Source of the DNA: a virus
Lineage: Duplodnaviria > Caudoviricetes
Length of the DNA: 64,000 nucleotides
IMG/VR virus record: IMGVR_UViG_3300021376_000006
Direction: 5' to 3' (one strand)
Below are positions 9,002-17,399 of the stretch, piece by piece. The position numbers were made by a program, and so were the translations under genes. Position 1 is the first letter of the stretch; each line of letters opens with the position of its first letter. The notes beneath the pieces were generated by a model, which was not told the origin of the DNA, made no database searches, and saw only the letters and a program-made list of their open reading frames with translations.

Positions 9002-10248
9002 TATCGTCCTCTCGCAGCTTCTTCGTAGTGAGCCCAGATGCCCCACGGGGGTTCGCAGCCAGGATTGCCTTTAATGATCCAAACAGTTTCGCAATACTCT
9101 TTCTCGCCCCACTCACCGCACGGCATGCCGTCGGTAAACATGATAAACTTTTTTGGTTCAATGTTTTCTTGCTTCATGAACTCCCAATTGGCCATAAAGT
9201 CGGTACCGCCACCACCTGCTGGTTCGTAGTTTTCAATGTCTTCAATATTGTCCGACGTATAAGTTTTGACATTGTAAATTTCAGTGTCAAAGCACCATAG
9301 CGTGATTTTGTACTCGTCAAAGGCTTCCATAATGCCTTTAATCTCGCCAAGGAACGCTTTGCTATCGGCTTCACTAATACTACCCGACTGGTCCATAGCA
9401 ATACAGATATCAATCATGTCGCCAGGCTTGAGTCCGGGCATGATAGCATCCATGTGCCAACCTCGTCGACTAGGCCGCGCCCAAGTATAGTCGTTCTTGA
9501 TTACGGCTGTGATTTGTTGTTGTAGCAGTTCCTTCCAGCCAATTACAGGTGCAGTAATATCTTTGAGCAGTCGTTTAACACCCATTGGCAAGTTGCCTGC
9601 GCCTGCTGCCTGCGCCGCACTAATTACAGCACCTTTTATCTCATCGCGGATAGCCTGTGCTTCTTCTTTGCTTAGTCGAGGCTTACCCGAACCGTCTTTG
9701 CCTTCACCGTCGCTATCTTCTTCGAGGTGATCGTCTAGAATCATCTTCTCAAGTTGGTCCAAGTCTATCTTGTCTGCGTTCTCGTACAGATAGTCATATA
9801 CTTCTTCATAGCTTTGACCTTTAAACTTGTTGTCAAACAAGATAGGAACTACACTGATCTTTTCACCAATGCGCTGTTCTACAAGGTCTTGATTCACACA
9901 ATAGTCAGCAGCAATATTACTGAGACGCGGTTGACGATCGCCACGTCGGCCCATGTGATCATATACAGCATGTAGAATTTCGTGTCCGACAAGAAACTCA
10001 AGTTGCTTTAGCGGCATCTTGTTCACAAACTCGCTGTTGTAATAGAACTTGCGTCCGTCAGTTGCAGCGGTACCGCACCATTCATCCGCATTAGTTAGGG
10101 TCATTCGGGTAGCCAGCTGTCCAAAGAACGGAGCCTTGAGCAACAAGCCAATACGTGCAGTAGTCAGTTTCTCACGAGCCGCAGCATCTGTGCGCGGATA
10201 CGTAACGGTTACAACTTTTTCTTTGTCAATTATTGTAGATTCTGCCAT
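9001..10248 (-). CDS. Metallopeptidase-like + VWA-like domain protein (partner of MoxR ATPase)
   Basis: HEILH (HExxH), acidic linker, MIDAS-like DQSGS, GGGGTDF and FTDG motifs. Confidence 0.85.
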   Translation of the reverse strand: MAESTIIDKEKVVTVTYPRTDAAAREKLTTARIGLLLKAPFFGQLATRMTLTNADEWCGTAATDGRKFYYNSEFVNKMPLKQLEFLVGHEILHAVYDHMGRRGDRQPRLSNIAADYCVNQDLVEQRIGEKISVVPILFDNKFKGQSYEEVYDYLYENADKIDLDQLEKMILDDHLEEDSDGEGKDGSGKPRLSKEEAQAIRDEIKGAVISAAQAAGAGNLPMGVKRLLKDITAPVIGWKELLQQQITAVIKNDYTWARPSRRGWHMDAIMPGLKPGDMIDICIAMDQSGSISEADSKAFLGEIKGIMEAFDEYKITLWCFDTEIYNVKTYTSDNIEDIENYEPAGGGGTDFMANWEFMKQENIEPKKFIMFTDGMPCGEWGEKEYCETVWIIKGNPGCEPPWGIWAHYEEAARGR

Positions 10249-10274
10249 TTGTTATGCTCCTTAACTATATGTAT

Positions 10275-10303
10275 ATTATAGCGCAAAATGGATTTATAGT
10301 CAA
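10275..10303 (-). promoter_or_regulatory. Sigma70-type promoter of the vWA gene
   Basis: TTGACT-N17-TATAAT followed by AAGGAG. Confidence 0.8.
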
Positions 10304-10617
10304 ACCCATCTTAATGTTATGTGGCTTAGGATATTGCGATTCTGCACATATATGTATTGAGTATTTGGATAATCTCGATCCACGTGCCAACACCACGGCG
10401 GGTCGAACAATTCGTTATCTTTAAACTCCAAAACTGTATTCGCATAACTATCTCGCTCTGTGCTTAACGCGTATTGTTCAATCATCCACGACCTAAGTGT
10501 ATGAAAATTTCTATTGGCTGATTTATATGCATTAGGGCTATGGCCAATACGCAAGCGGTATTGCCAAAGTAAATGTCCGGTATATCTCTTGTTAAGTTTT
10601 TCAACAAAAAATTTCAT
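10300..10617 (-). CDS. Hypothetical protein
   Basis: 105 aa ORF. Confidence 0.65.
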   Translation of the reverse strand: MKFFVEKLNKRYTGHLLWQYRLRIGHSPNAYKSANRNFHTLRSWMIEQYALSTERDSYANTVLEFKDNELFDPPWCWHVDRDYPNTQYIYVQNRNILSHITLRWV

Positions 10618-10620
10618 AAT

Positions 10621-10654
10621 AAAAAGGAGGACTTACGGATCAAGATCCTGCCTC
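10621..10654 (-). terminator. Intrinsic terminator after MoxR ATPase
   Basis: GGAGG/CCUCC outer stem, GGAU-CUUG-AUCC inner hairpin, then UUUUAUU. Confidence 0.65.
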
Positions 10655-10673
10655 CGCCTCACACGCGACTCAA

Positions 10674-11777
10674 TTACTTGGTAGAACCAGCTGCTGCAAG
10701 AACATACTTGCCAAAACGCTGATGGAACTCATCAAAGCTTGGCATCTTGCCTGGAACCATTGGCAGATTGTATGTAGTAAGTGCAACTCTAGCACCCATG
10801 ACAGTGACTTCGGTTGTAAAATTATCCATCATGAATCGCAAGAAGTTATCCGCCATCTTATGAAACTCGGCAATCTTGTCCTTGTTCTTGGTGTGATAGT
10901 CTTGCAACTCGTAACACATACTAGTAGTCAACGAATACATAGCCGACACTTCTTTGGTCTTGAGTTCTTTAACCTTGCCTGCTAGAATGTCTTCGGGTTT
11001 GGGCAACGAACCAGCAACCTTGCGGTGAGCCATAAACTTGTGTGCAATACCCTCGCCTACACAGCCTGCAACAAGATCCGTAAGCTCTGAAGCTGGCACG
11101 CCTTCGTCATGACAGAACTCACTGGCAAAGGTCCAAGAACGCGGCGTAGCAAACGAGCGGCTATTACTACGCGGATCAAAGTCAAACATGTCTGCCTTAG
11201 CAAACGACAGATAACCAACAACATCTGCATGGATCTTGTTTTTAACAGCCCACGTCTGCCAAGATTCAAAGTCCGGACGGACCTCCAAGTGTACAAAGCG
11301 ATTGGCTAGCGGACTAGGCATACGATAAGTGACACCTTTATCGCTATCTCTATTACCCGCAGCCACCATCACTACATTGTCGGGCAGTGTGTACTTGCCG
11401 ATTCGGCGATTGAGAATCAGCTGATATGCTGCCGCTTGTACAGCCGGTGCCGCTGAATTCATCTCATCCAATAGCAATACTACAATCGGATACTGAGCCG
11501 CTAGCTCGGCGTCAGGCAAATCAATAGGTGGTGCCCAATCCATCAGACCCTTGTCCTTGTTATAGAACGGGATACCACGCATGTCAGTGGGCTCCATCTG
11601 CGATAGACGCAGGTCGATCATGTAGCCGCCTAGCTCGTCACAAATGTCAGCGATCACTTCACTTTTGCCAACACCGGGCGGTCCCCATAGGAACATGGGT
11701 CGCTTGTGTTTAAACGAGCGTAAAATACGGCTACGTGCCTCTTCAGGCGTGACCGTACGAGTTTCAGTTACAGCCAT
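10674..11777 (-). CDS. MoxR-like AAA+ ATPase
   Basis: Walker A GPPGVGKS, Walker B LLLDE, AAGNR, SPLANRF. Confidence 0.92.
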   Translation of the reverse strand: MAVTETRTVTPEEARSRILRSFKHKRPMFLWGPPGVGKSEVIADICDELGGYMIDLRLSQMEPTDMRGIPFYNKDKGLMDWAPPIDLPDAELAAQYPIVVLLLDEMNSAAPAVQAAAYQLILNRRIGKYTLPDNVVMVAAGNRDSDKGVTYRMPSPLANRFVHLEVRPDFESWQTWAVKNKIHADVVGYLSFAKADMFDFDPRSNSRSFATPRSWTFASEFCHDEGVPASELTDLVAGCVGEGIAHKFMAHRKVAGSLPKPEDILAGKVKELKTKEVSAMYSLTTSMCYELQDYHTKNKDKIAEFHKMADNFLRFMMDNFTTEVTVMGARVALTTYNLPMVPGKMPSFDEFHQRFGKYVLAAAGSTK

Positions 11778-11830
11778 TTACATCCTCCTTGTCAACGTGT
11801 GAATACATATTATAGTTTAAAACAGAATAA

Positions 11831-11858
11831 GCGTCTGTGGCTTTTACACAACAGACGC
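11831..11858 (-). terminator. Hairpin/terminator after the 11865-12335 ORF
   Basis: Perfect 8-bp inverted repeat GCGTCTGT/ACAGACGC followed on minus strand by UUAUUCUGUUUU. Confidence 0.6.
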
Positions 11859-11864
11859 TCATTA

Positions 11865-12335
11865 TTAGAAACAAGTTTGTCCTGCTTCACGCTTGACTGC
11901 AAGTTTGGCATCACACTTGGCAAAGAATGCTACAGCCTTGGCTGCATCACGCTTGTATTGTGCAAAGCTTACAACTGGCATGCCGTTAGCTTTACGCTCA
12001 CCCATAGCCTCAGCATAAGCCTCCTTAGTTACTTCGTCCGAATCAACTGCTTTGGCCTTGGCTGCGACAACGTTAGTAGTCTTAGCAGCCTTAACCTTAA
12101 CAGTAGCCGGCTTTGCAGCCCGAGCAGCACGAGCCGGCTTGGTAGCAGTCATGCCTTGTGCATTAAGATAGTCGACAGCGGCTTCTTTAGCCATTGTAAA
12201 CGGCAGTTCAATCATCTTAACTTCAGTGCAACCAAAACGTTCAAGTGCCTTGGCACGATTAGCATCGTTAGCAAATTTGTAAACGGTAGTACCGTTTTCA
12301 GTGCAGGTACCTGCAAAAGCAAACAATTTAGACAT
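11865..12335 (-). CDS. Hypothetical protein with Ala/Lys-rich linker
   Basis: TKPARAARAAKPATVKVKAAK segment; own promoter, RBS and terminator. Confidence 0.8.
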   Translation of the reverse strand: MSKLFAFAGTCTENGTTVYKFANDANRAKALERFGCTEVKMIELPFTMAKEAAVDYLNAQGMTATKPARAARAAKPATVKVKAAKTTNVVAAKAKAVDSDEVTKEAYAEAMGERKANGMPVVSFAQYKRDAAKAVAFFAKCDAKLAVKREAGQTCF

Positions 12336-12366
12336 GCAAGTTCTCCTTACTAGTTAATGTACAACT

Positions 12367-12395
12367 ATTATAGCAAAATGGGTCATTTGAGTCTA
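12367..12395 (-). promoter_or_regulatory. Sigma70-type promoter
   Basis: TAGACT-N17-TATAAT; spacer shares CCATTTTGC with the 10275 promoter. Confidence 0.72.
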
Positions 12396-12743
12396 CCGTT
12401 TTTTGAGTTTCTTTTTCTGTTGTGTTTTTACAACAGTTTTGGGTGTTACTAAAGGTGCAACTTTCGTTGCTGTTTTGAGCCTGTTAAACAAGAATGTTGC
12501 TTTATTGAACTCAAAATTTGGATGCTTGTACATATAGTCAATTTTACGCTCTAGAACTTGCAAAACTTCTAACAAGTCCATTTTTGTTGCAAAATCGCTA
12601 TTCATTAGTATTTTGTTAACATCATGCTTATCTAGCATGTATTCTACCCATTTTTCTGTTGCGGGTATTTTGTGCCATTGACTTTTAAAACCTTTGCTAC
12701 TAGTTTTGGTTGCATATTTGCTAATGTAACTTTGTGCTAGCAT
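12393..12743 (-). CDS. Hypothetical basic protein
   Basis: 116 aa ORF with GGGAGG RBS. Confidence 0.75.
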   Translation of the reverse strand: MLAQSYISKYATKTSSKGFKSQWHKIPATEKWVEYMLDKHDVNKILMNSDFATKMDLLEVLQVLERKIDYMYKHPNFEFNKATFLFNRLKTATKVAPLVTPKTVVKTQQKKKLKKR

Positions 12744-12769
12744 ACAGCCTCCCTTGTATAAGACTATAC

Positions 12770-12798
12770 AGTATATGCTAAACGTGAATTTAGCGCAA
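12770..12798 (-). promoter_or_regulatory. Sigma70-type promoter
   Basis: TTGCGC-N17-TATACT. Confidence 0.6.
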
Positions 12799-12799
12799 T

Positions 12800-13165
12800 C
12801 TACTGTGTTTGAAGGTTGTCTAAGTATTGTTGCAAGTTATCCGCATGTAGTGCAAGTAATACGGATTCTTGTTCGCCAAGCAAATAGACACAATCCAACT
12901 TTTTTATGTAATAAGGACAAGTGAGCAGTCGGCTCATTTGTATTAGAGTGCGATTTCGTAAAGGTTGGGGCAGTACTATTTCGTATTTGGGTATTTTGTT
13001 TAGTTGGACAAACTTGAATCCGTCCATGCTCAATCTCAAGTTTTTGGGATCAGTGTGATTCCACCACCATGTTTTGTGATATCTATTAAAGTTAGCATGG
13101 TCTAGGCCCGTTTGAGTCAAAAACTGTCGGGTATAGTCAGTTTGATTAAGGGTAGATTTGGTCAC
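12800..13165 (-). CDS. Hypothetical protein
   Basis: 121 aa ORF. Confidence 0.7.
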   Translation of the reverse strand: MTKSTLNQTDYTRQFLTQTGLDHANFNRYHKTWWWNHTDPKNLRLSMDGFKFVQLNKIPKYEIVLPQPLRNRTLIQMSRLLTCPYYIKKLDCVYLLGEQESVLLALHADNLQQYLDNLQTQ

Positions 13166-13433
13166 CTTGTTTCATTAAGACCACAGTGAATTTGTCGGTC
13201 TTGAAAAGGGTGTTAAGTTTTTTTGCTAGATTGATAGCGTGTCCACTGTTGCTAAATGAAACCTTCTTATATTTTGGACCCGGGTAAGCAACCAACATAT
13301 TGGAACTTTTTAAGTTGATGGGTTTGTTGTCGTAGAATACCGCCCAAATTCCTTCGCTGCTGAGAACTTGATCGCTTTTGTAGTTAGATTTATTAACATG
13401 TTCTAACAGTACTGTGGGTTTAGGTCTAGACAT
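13146..13433 (-). CDS. Hypothetical protein
   Basis: 95 aa ORF, AAGGA RBS, TAAATA element upstream. Confidence 0.8.
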   Translation of the reverse strand: MSRPKPTVLLEHVNKSNYKSDQVLSSEGIWAVFYDNKPINLKSSNMLVAYPGPKYKKVSFSNSGHAINLAKKLNTLFKTDKFTVVLMKQGDQIYP

Positions 13434-13452
13434 CTTGTAATCCTTGAACTAT

Positions 13453-13468
13453 GTATTTATGCAGTTTT
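13453..13468 (-). promoter_or_regulatory. T4-late-like promoter element
   Basis: AAAACTGCATAAATAC, identical to the 16-mer at 52333-52348. Confidence 0.6.
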
Positions 13469-13482
13469 CTGGGTAGTTTAAG

Positions 13483-13692
13483 TTAAAAACCTCCTCCATC
13501 AAAGTTAGTAGCTGGTATTTGCGTTGTTTCTGATTTTGTTTGAAGTTCGGCAATGTTAGCCAATAAATTAAAGATATCTGCGTGTAAATTTCTTGCTTCT
13601 TCGGCTGATAGAGTTAATTGTTTGCTTCCAGTTTGATTTAAGACTTTAACACGCTCATTGAAATTTTTAACTGCTAAACTTAGTTTTTGCAT
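13483..13692 (-). CDS. Hypothetical protein
   Basis: 69 aa ORF. Confidence 0.72.
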   Translation of the reverse strand: MQKLSLAVKNFNERVKVLNQTGSKQLTLSAEEARNLHADIFNLLANIAELQTKSETTQIPATNFDGGGF

Positions 13693-14153
13693 TGTAGATC
13701 CTGTAAGGTGTGTTGCATTTGTTGCTTGGTCAAAAAAGGACCAACGTACTCATATCTTGAAATTGTTATATTCTTAGGGCAAAATGATTCAGTCCATATG
13801 CCATTTAGTTTAATGCCATAATACCCTGCACAGTATAAACTTTTACTTTTGCCTGTCTTACTGTAAATTGGTAATCGTCTATGTACATCCCATACTTGAT
13901 TGAAGGCTTTGCCGTTTATAGGATAACCATATACAGTTTTGGCATTTTCTTTTTTAACACGTTCTGGCGAGCCAAATTTAATATTATATTTTTGTTTTAA
14001 AACTTTAACACTAGGGAAATATTCTCTTTGTTCGTCATGAACATAAACTAATCCACCATCCTCTCTTGCCTGAATGGTAGCAATCTTTTGACCGTGATCT
14101 TCTACTACCCAAAATTTATTTTTTACTACGGGTTTGGCTACTCGTTCAGTCAT
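13680..14153 (-). CDS. Hypothetical protein
   Basis: 157 aa ORF. Confidence 0.78.
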   Translation of the reverse strand: MTERVAKPVVKNKFWVVEDHGQKIATIQAREDGGLVYVHDEQREYFPSVKVLKQKYNIKFGSPERVKKENAKTVYGYPINGKAFNQVWDVHRRLPIYSKTGKSKSLYCAGYYGIKLNGIWTESFCPKNITISRYEYVGPFLTKQQMQHTLQDLQCKN

Positions 14154-14425
14154 GTTTTTGCTAATGTGTGATGTGTTACAATTTTTCCAAGTTCTTGGCC
14201 AAGATCTTGATTGTCGCCAATTACATATAAATTATCCTGATCTCCAATACCAATTCCGCTTGCCACTCTAATCACATAACCACCATTGGCGGTATGCACA
14301 TCAAATGATATTTTTTTGTTTGGTAGTTTTTTATTATCGAAGCCATATGAACTGGTTAAATCTATCTGTGATATTTGTGTTGCTGTAATAGGTGCCACCT
14401 GTCCTGCCATTGTATAGTTGCTCAT
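14150..14425 (-). CDS. Hypothetical protein
   Basis: 91 aa ORF. Confidence 0.7.
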   Translation of the reverse strand: MSNYTMAGQVAPITATQISQIDLTSSYGFDNKKLPNKKISFDVHTANGGYVIRVASGIGIGDQDNLYVIGDNQDLGQELGKIVTHHTLAKT

Positions 14426-14523
14426 AGTTTCATTTGCTCTAGCATGATGGCCTGCGCTACCTGCTTGGCAAAATCTTCGTCCTCGTGAATCATGTACAGG
14501 GTGCCTTCATCATTTTTAATCAT
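14422..14523 (-). CDS. 33 aa micro-ORF (MIKNDEGTLYMIHEDEDFAKQVAQAIMLEQMKL)
   Basis: Read manually; fills the gap exactly with ATGA overlaps at both ends. Confidence 0.5.
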   Translation of the reverse strand: MIKNDEGTLYMIHEDEDFAKQVAQAIMLEQMKL

Positions 14524-14894
14524 ATGTATTCAATCATTAAAACGCTGACTATAAAACCAATTAACAGATAAGTTATGGCATGAATCAGCTGATCAACCCC
14601 AATCCAAAACCAAAAAGCATCTGCATCAGTGGACCATCTCACTGTGAGTCGACGATGTGCCATATCCACGAAGTAATGTACGACAGCATCAAATACAGCC
14701 AGCATGACCGAAGCTTGTAAAGTCAAAAAATGCATCAAGATTACATAACTCAAAGCACCGTGAAGCCCGGCATGTTGTAATCCGCCCAATCGACCAAAGT
14801 GTCCTTTGTCTTTGAGCATTCGATCACTTTGCCAGCAAAAGTCTGCTAAGAAATGTTTAATAAACAACAATGCCAATATCAGCCATGTGATCAT
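14520..14894 (-). CDS. Membrane protein, DUF3307-like
   Basis: KHFLADFCWQ, HAGLHG, HYFVD, DQLIH His-rich membrane motifs. Confidence 0.75.
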   Translation of the reverse strand: MITWLILALLFIKHFLADFCWQSDRMLKDKGHFGRLGGLQHAGLHGALSYVILMHFLTLQASVMLAVFDAVVHYFVDMAHRRLTVRWSTDADAFWFWIGVDQLIHAITYLLIGFIVSVLMIEYI

Positions 14895-15880
14895 TCGGGA
14901 TACTCTGCACTAAGAAATTCACCAAACGATTGACTTTGTTCGCTTAATCTATTCAATTCATACTTGCCGCAAAACTTAAGAAACTGTGCGCCCACCATTG
15001 GACGATTTTTTTTGACAGCATTAGCGGCAATTGTTTCTGTAATTTTAGCCTTAATTTCATCAGGTTGTGCTGAGAGATCCACTAGCACTCGATTGCGTTC
15101 ATAATCATCTAACACTCGATGTTCCACACCGTTATGGTCTGTCCATCGCTGAAGCATAAGGTTATTCCAAGCATATCCTTTTTTATGTTGGTCAGCAAAA
15201 GCTTCAGTGAGACCAACTTTGTTTTTGGAACCCTTCGTCCTAACACCAGGGTATGCGGAAAAGATATTATCTGTTGGATCTCCCCGCATACACTTCTCAA
15301 ACAGTATCCACGCCGGGTCAGGGATGACTTTGGGTGCTTTGGTCTTTTTATCAAATACCAGTTTACCTTTCTTGTCAAGGATACCGTTCAGCGTGTGGAG
15401 TTCATCGGCAACACCGTTATATTGCTCGACATTCGGCGCAAGTAGTTGGTAGAAATCGGTGTCCGAGGATATAATAACATGATGGTCATTGGGGTGTTGG
15501 TGGATGAATCCTGCAATAAGATCATCTGCTTCAAGTTTGGGATGTTGAAGAACTGTGCAATTAGTCTTTTCTGTGAGGAACGTTTTAAGGTTATCAAACG
15601 CTTCCCAAAATAGTCGGTCCTCTTCCTGCTCGGTTTTGGTAAGGGCTGCACGAGCGACTGCACGATTCTTTTTGTACGGCTCGTAATAATCTTTTCGCCA
15701 TGACCGTCCCTCCAAACAGAATACCACATGATCGGCTTTCTGATCCCGCCAGGCCTTATTAACCGAACCAAGGGTAACATGAATAGCGAATCCTAGCCGA
15801 TCCCAAGTGTCCGACTGACGGTGAGCCGAATGGCGAGCACGAAAGAATGTGTTTGCAGTGTCTACAATTAGGTATCTCAT
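14891..15880 (-). CDS. rnh: 5'-3' exonuclease / T4 RNase H-like flap nuclease
   Basis: IVDTAN, YKKNR, EADDLI, SSDTDFYQL, GDPTDNI motifs. Confidence 0.9.
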   Translation of the reverse strand: MRYLIVDTANTFFRARHSAHRQSDTWDRLGFAIHVTLGSVNKAWRDQKADHVVFCLEGRSWRKDYYEPYKKNRAVARAALTKTEQEEDRLFWEAFDNLKTFLTEKTNCTVLQHPKLEADDLIAGFIHQHPNDHHVIISSDTDFYQLLAPNVEQYNGVADELHTLNGILDKKGKLVFDKKTKAPKVIPDPAWILFEKCMRGDPTDNIFSAYPGVRTKGSKNKVGLTEAFADQHKKGYAWNNLMLQRWTDHNGVEHRVLDDYERNRVLVDLSAQPDEIKAKITETIAANAVKKNRPMVGAQFLKFCGKYELNRLSEQSQSFGEFLSAEYPE

Positions 15881-15886
15881 GCGTTA

Positions 15887-15915
15887 ATAGTAGCATATTA
15901 TTGTACTCCAGTCAA
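15887..15915 (-). promoter_or_regulatory. Sigma70-type promoter, probably giving a leaderless rnh mRNA
   Basis: TTGACT-N17-TACTAT; -10 ends 6 nt before the ATG; no SD. Confidence 0.65.
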
Positions 15916-16095
15916 GAACAAATTGGCCAAATTTAAATTAGATTTTAACCCATTATGTATTTTGTCTCTAGCCAGATCTCCTTGTGGATTAAATTTGTAA
16001 GATATAGGTACTGACCAATTTGTATCTACGTTTTCGGGTTGATCGGTTCCAGACCAATGTTCTAAATTATTTTTTTGATACCAGCTGTATGGCAT
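15898..16095 (-). pseudogene. Possible internally deleted SGNH-like gene remnant (65 aa)
   Basis: ISYKFNPQG directly abuts DLARDKIHNG; from recall these resemble the N- and C-terminal motifs of longer phage SGNH-like proteins. Confidence 0.35.
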
Positions 16096-16115
16096 TATTT
16101 TTGATTGCCAAAAAT

Positions 16116-16802
16116 TTAAATTCGTAATAGTTTTTTTAGATAAGGTGTTAAAAATTCAGCCCATTTCCTATGAGCAGCAGGACCAAAATGATATGACGAA
16201 TTTGATGTAAAACCACTGTCGGTGAGCCATTTCCAATAAGTCAGATTTGGATCATATGGATCAATAAAACAATGATGCCAATCTTTTTTTAATTGGTCAT
16301 TAAAATGATTAAAGGTATTGAAAAATAAATGAGGAATTTTCAAATCTAATAGCTGGGTATGAAAGTTGTAAATTTCATTGTGTGCTTTAGAAGTAACCAC
16401 GGACCAGTCTAAATTAATTATATAATTTTTATAACGTTCTTTTATTGGATCAGGCCAATCATTGCCTATACCACCACCATTAATTTGCCAATACACATCA
16501 TCATGCAACCACTCTTCTCTCTCCCATGTACTCCATCCAATAATTATTGCATCTGGTTTGTGATTTTCGAGATATTGTTTTGTTGTTCTTATAATTCTAG
16601 TATTAGAACTCGCCGATTCTGCGTCGCAATGTAAAATTGCAAATATATCATTAGCAATAATGCATCCATAACTTACACGTTCATTATCTGGATGTGGAAT
16701 ACGACCTAGTGCATAGTAAAATGGATCGTCTTCGGCAAAGCAATAATTGTTTACGGCTTCTGCACCGGCACTGTGACTGTCGCCATTTACATAAAGAATC
16801 AT
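16116..16802 (-). CDS. SGNH-like hypothetical protein
   Basis: YVNGDSHS, ASSN, IGWS and HFGPAAH motifs. Confidence 0.7.
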   Translation of the reverse strand: MILYVNGDSHSAGAEAVNNYCFAEDDPFYYALGRIPHPDNERVSYGCIIANDIFAILHCDAESASSNTRIIRTTKQYLENHKPDAIIIGWSTWEREEWLHDDVYWQINGGGIGNDWPDPIKERYKNYIINLDWSVVTSKAHNEIYNFHTQLLDLKIPHLFFNTFNHFNDQLKKDWHHCFIDPYDPNLTYWKWLTDSGFTSNSSYHFGPAAHRKWAEFLTPYLKKLLRI

Positions 16803-17197
16803 GAAATTTCTGTTCTTCCATTTCCTAAATCATTGCGGTCTACTCTTCTTGGTCTAGCATCAACTGGTTGATTTGCTTCCCACTGTTCAAAATTTTCGTT
16901 TAGAATATTGCGACACACACTCTGAAACCATCTATCCACAATCTCAGCATCGGTATCATCCTTTTTCTGCATGTACCCAGCTTTTACTAATCTAGCAACA
17001 AATACTTCGTTCCAGTCAAGTTCAAACGAACCGTTCCCGACATCATCTGCATCAAGTTCTATGCTTAATACACTGATGTACGGCTCACCTGCCTCGGTGG
17101 CCTGTTCTTTGGCCGACTTTATACGTTTGCCTACAGGTTTTTTTGGTTCATCGTTTATTGCTTGACTTGATGCTTTCTTTTTCATCCAATTAAACAT
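16799..17197 (-). CDS. Hypothetical protein
   Basis: 132 aa ORF. Confidence 0.8.
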   Translation of the reverse strand: MFNWMKKKASSQAINDEPKKPVGKRIKSAKEQATEAGEPYISVLSIELDADDVGNGSFELDWNEVFVARLVKAGYMQKKDDTDAEIVDRWFQSVCRNILNENFEQWEANQPVDARPRRVDRNDLGNGRTEIS

Positions 17198-17399
17198 CTA
17201 CTTTTCCCCATTTAATTTTTAACCAAACACGTTCATGAATATAGTAATCTATACTTAACAAAACATGTAATGCAGTAGCAAAACCAGTACTTCGTCCGAC
17301 GTCGCTAATAAACAACCAAGTCCAAAAAATTGTAAATAGCCATGCCGTAATTCTATAGGTTAGCATTCTTGTAATTGTTCTAGTTTTCGTTTCGTTCAT
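17190..17399 (-). CDS. Small membrane protein, DUF2061-like
   Basis: KTRTITRMLTYR...YYIHERVWLKIKWG. Confidence 0.75.
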   Translation of the reverse strand: MNETKTRTITRMLTYRITAWLFTIFWTWLFISDVGRSTGFATALHVLLSIDYYIHERVWLKIKWGKVDV

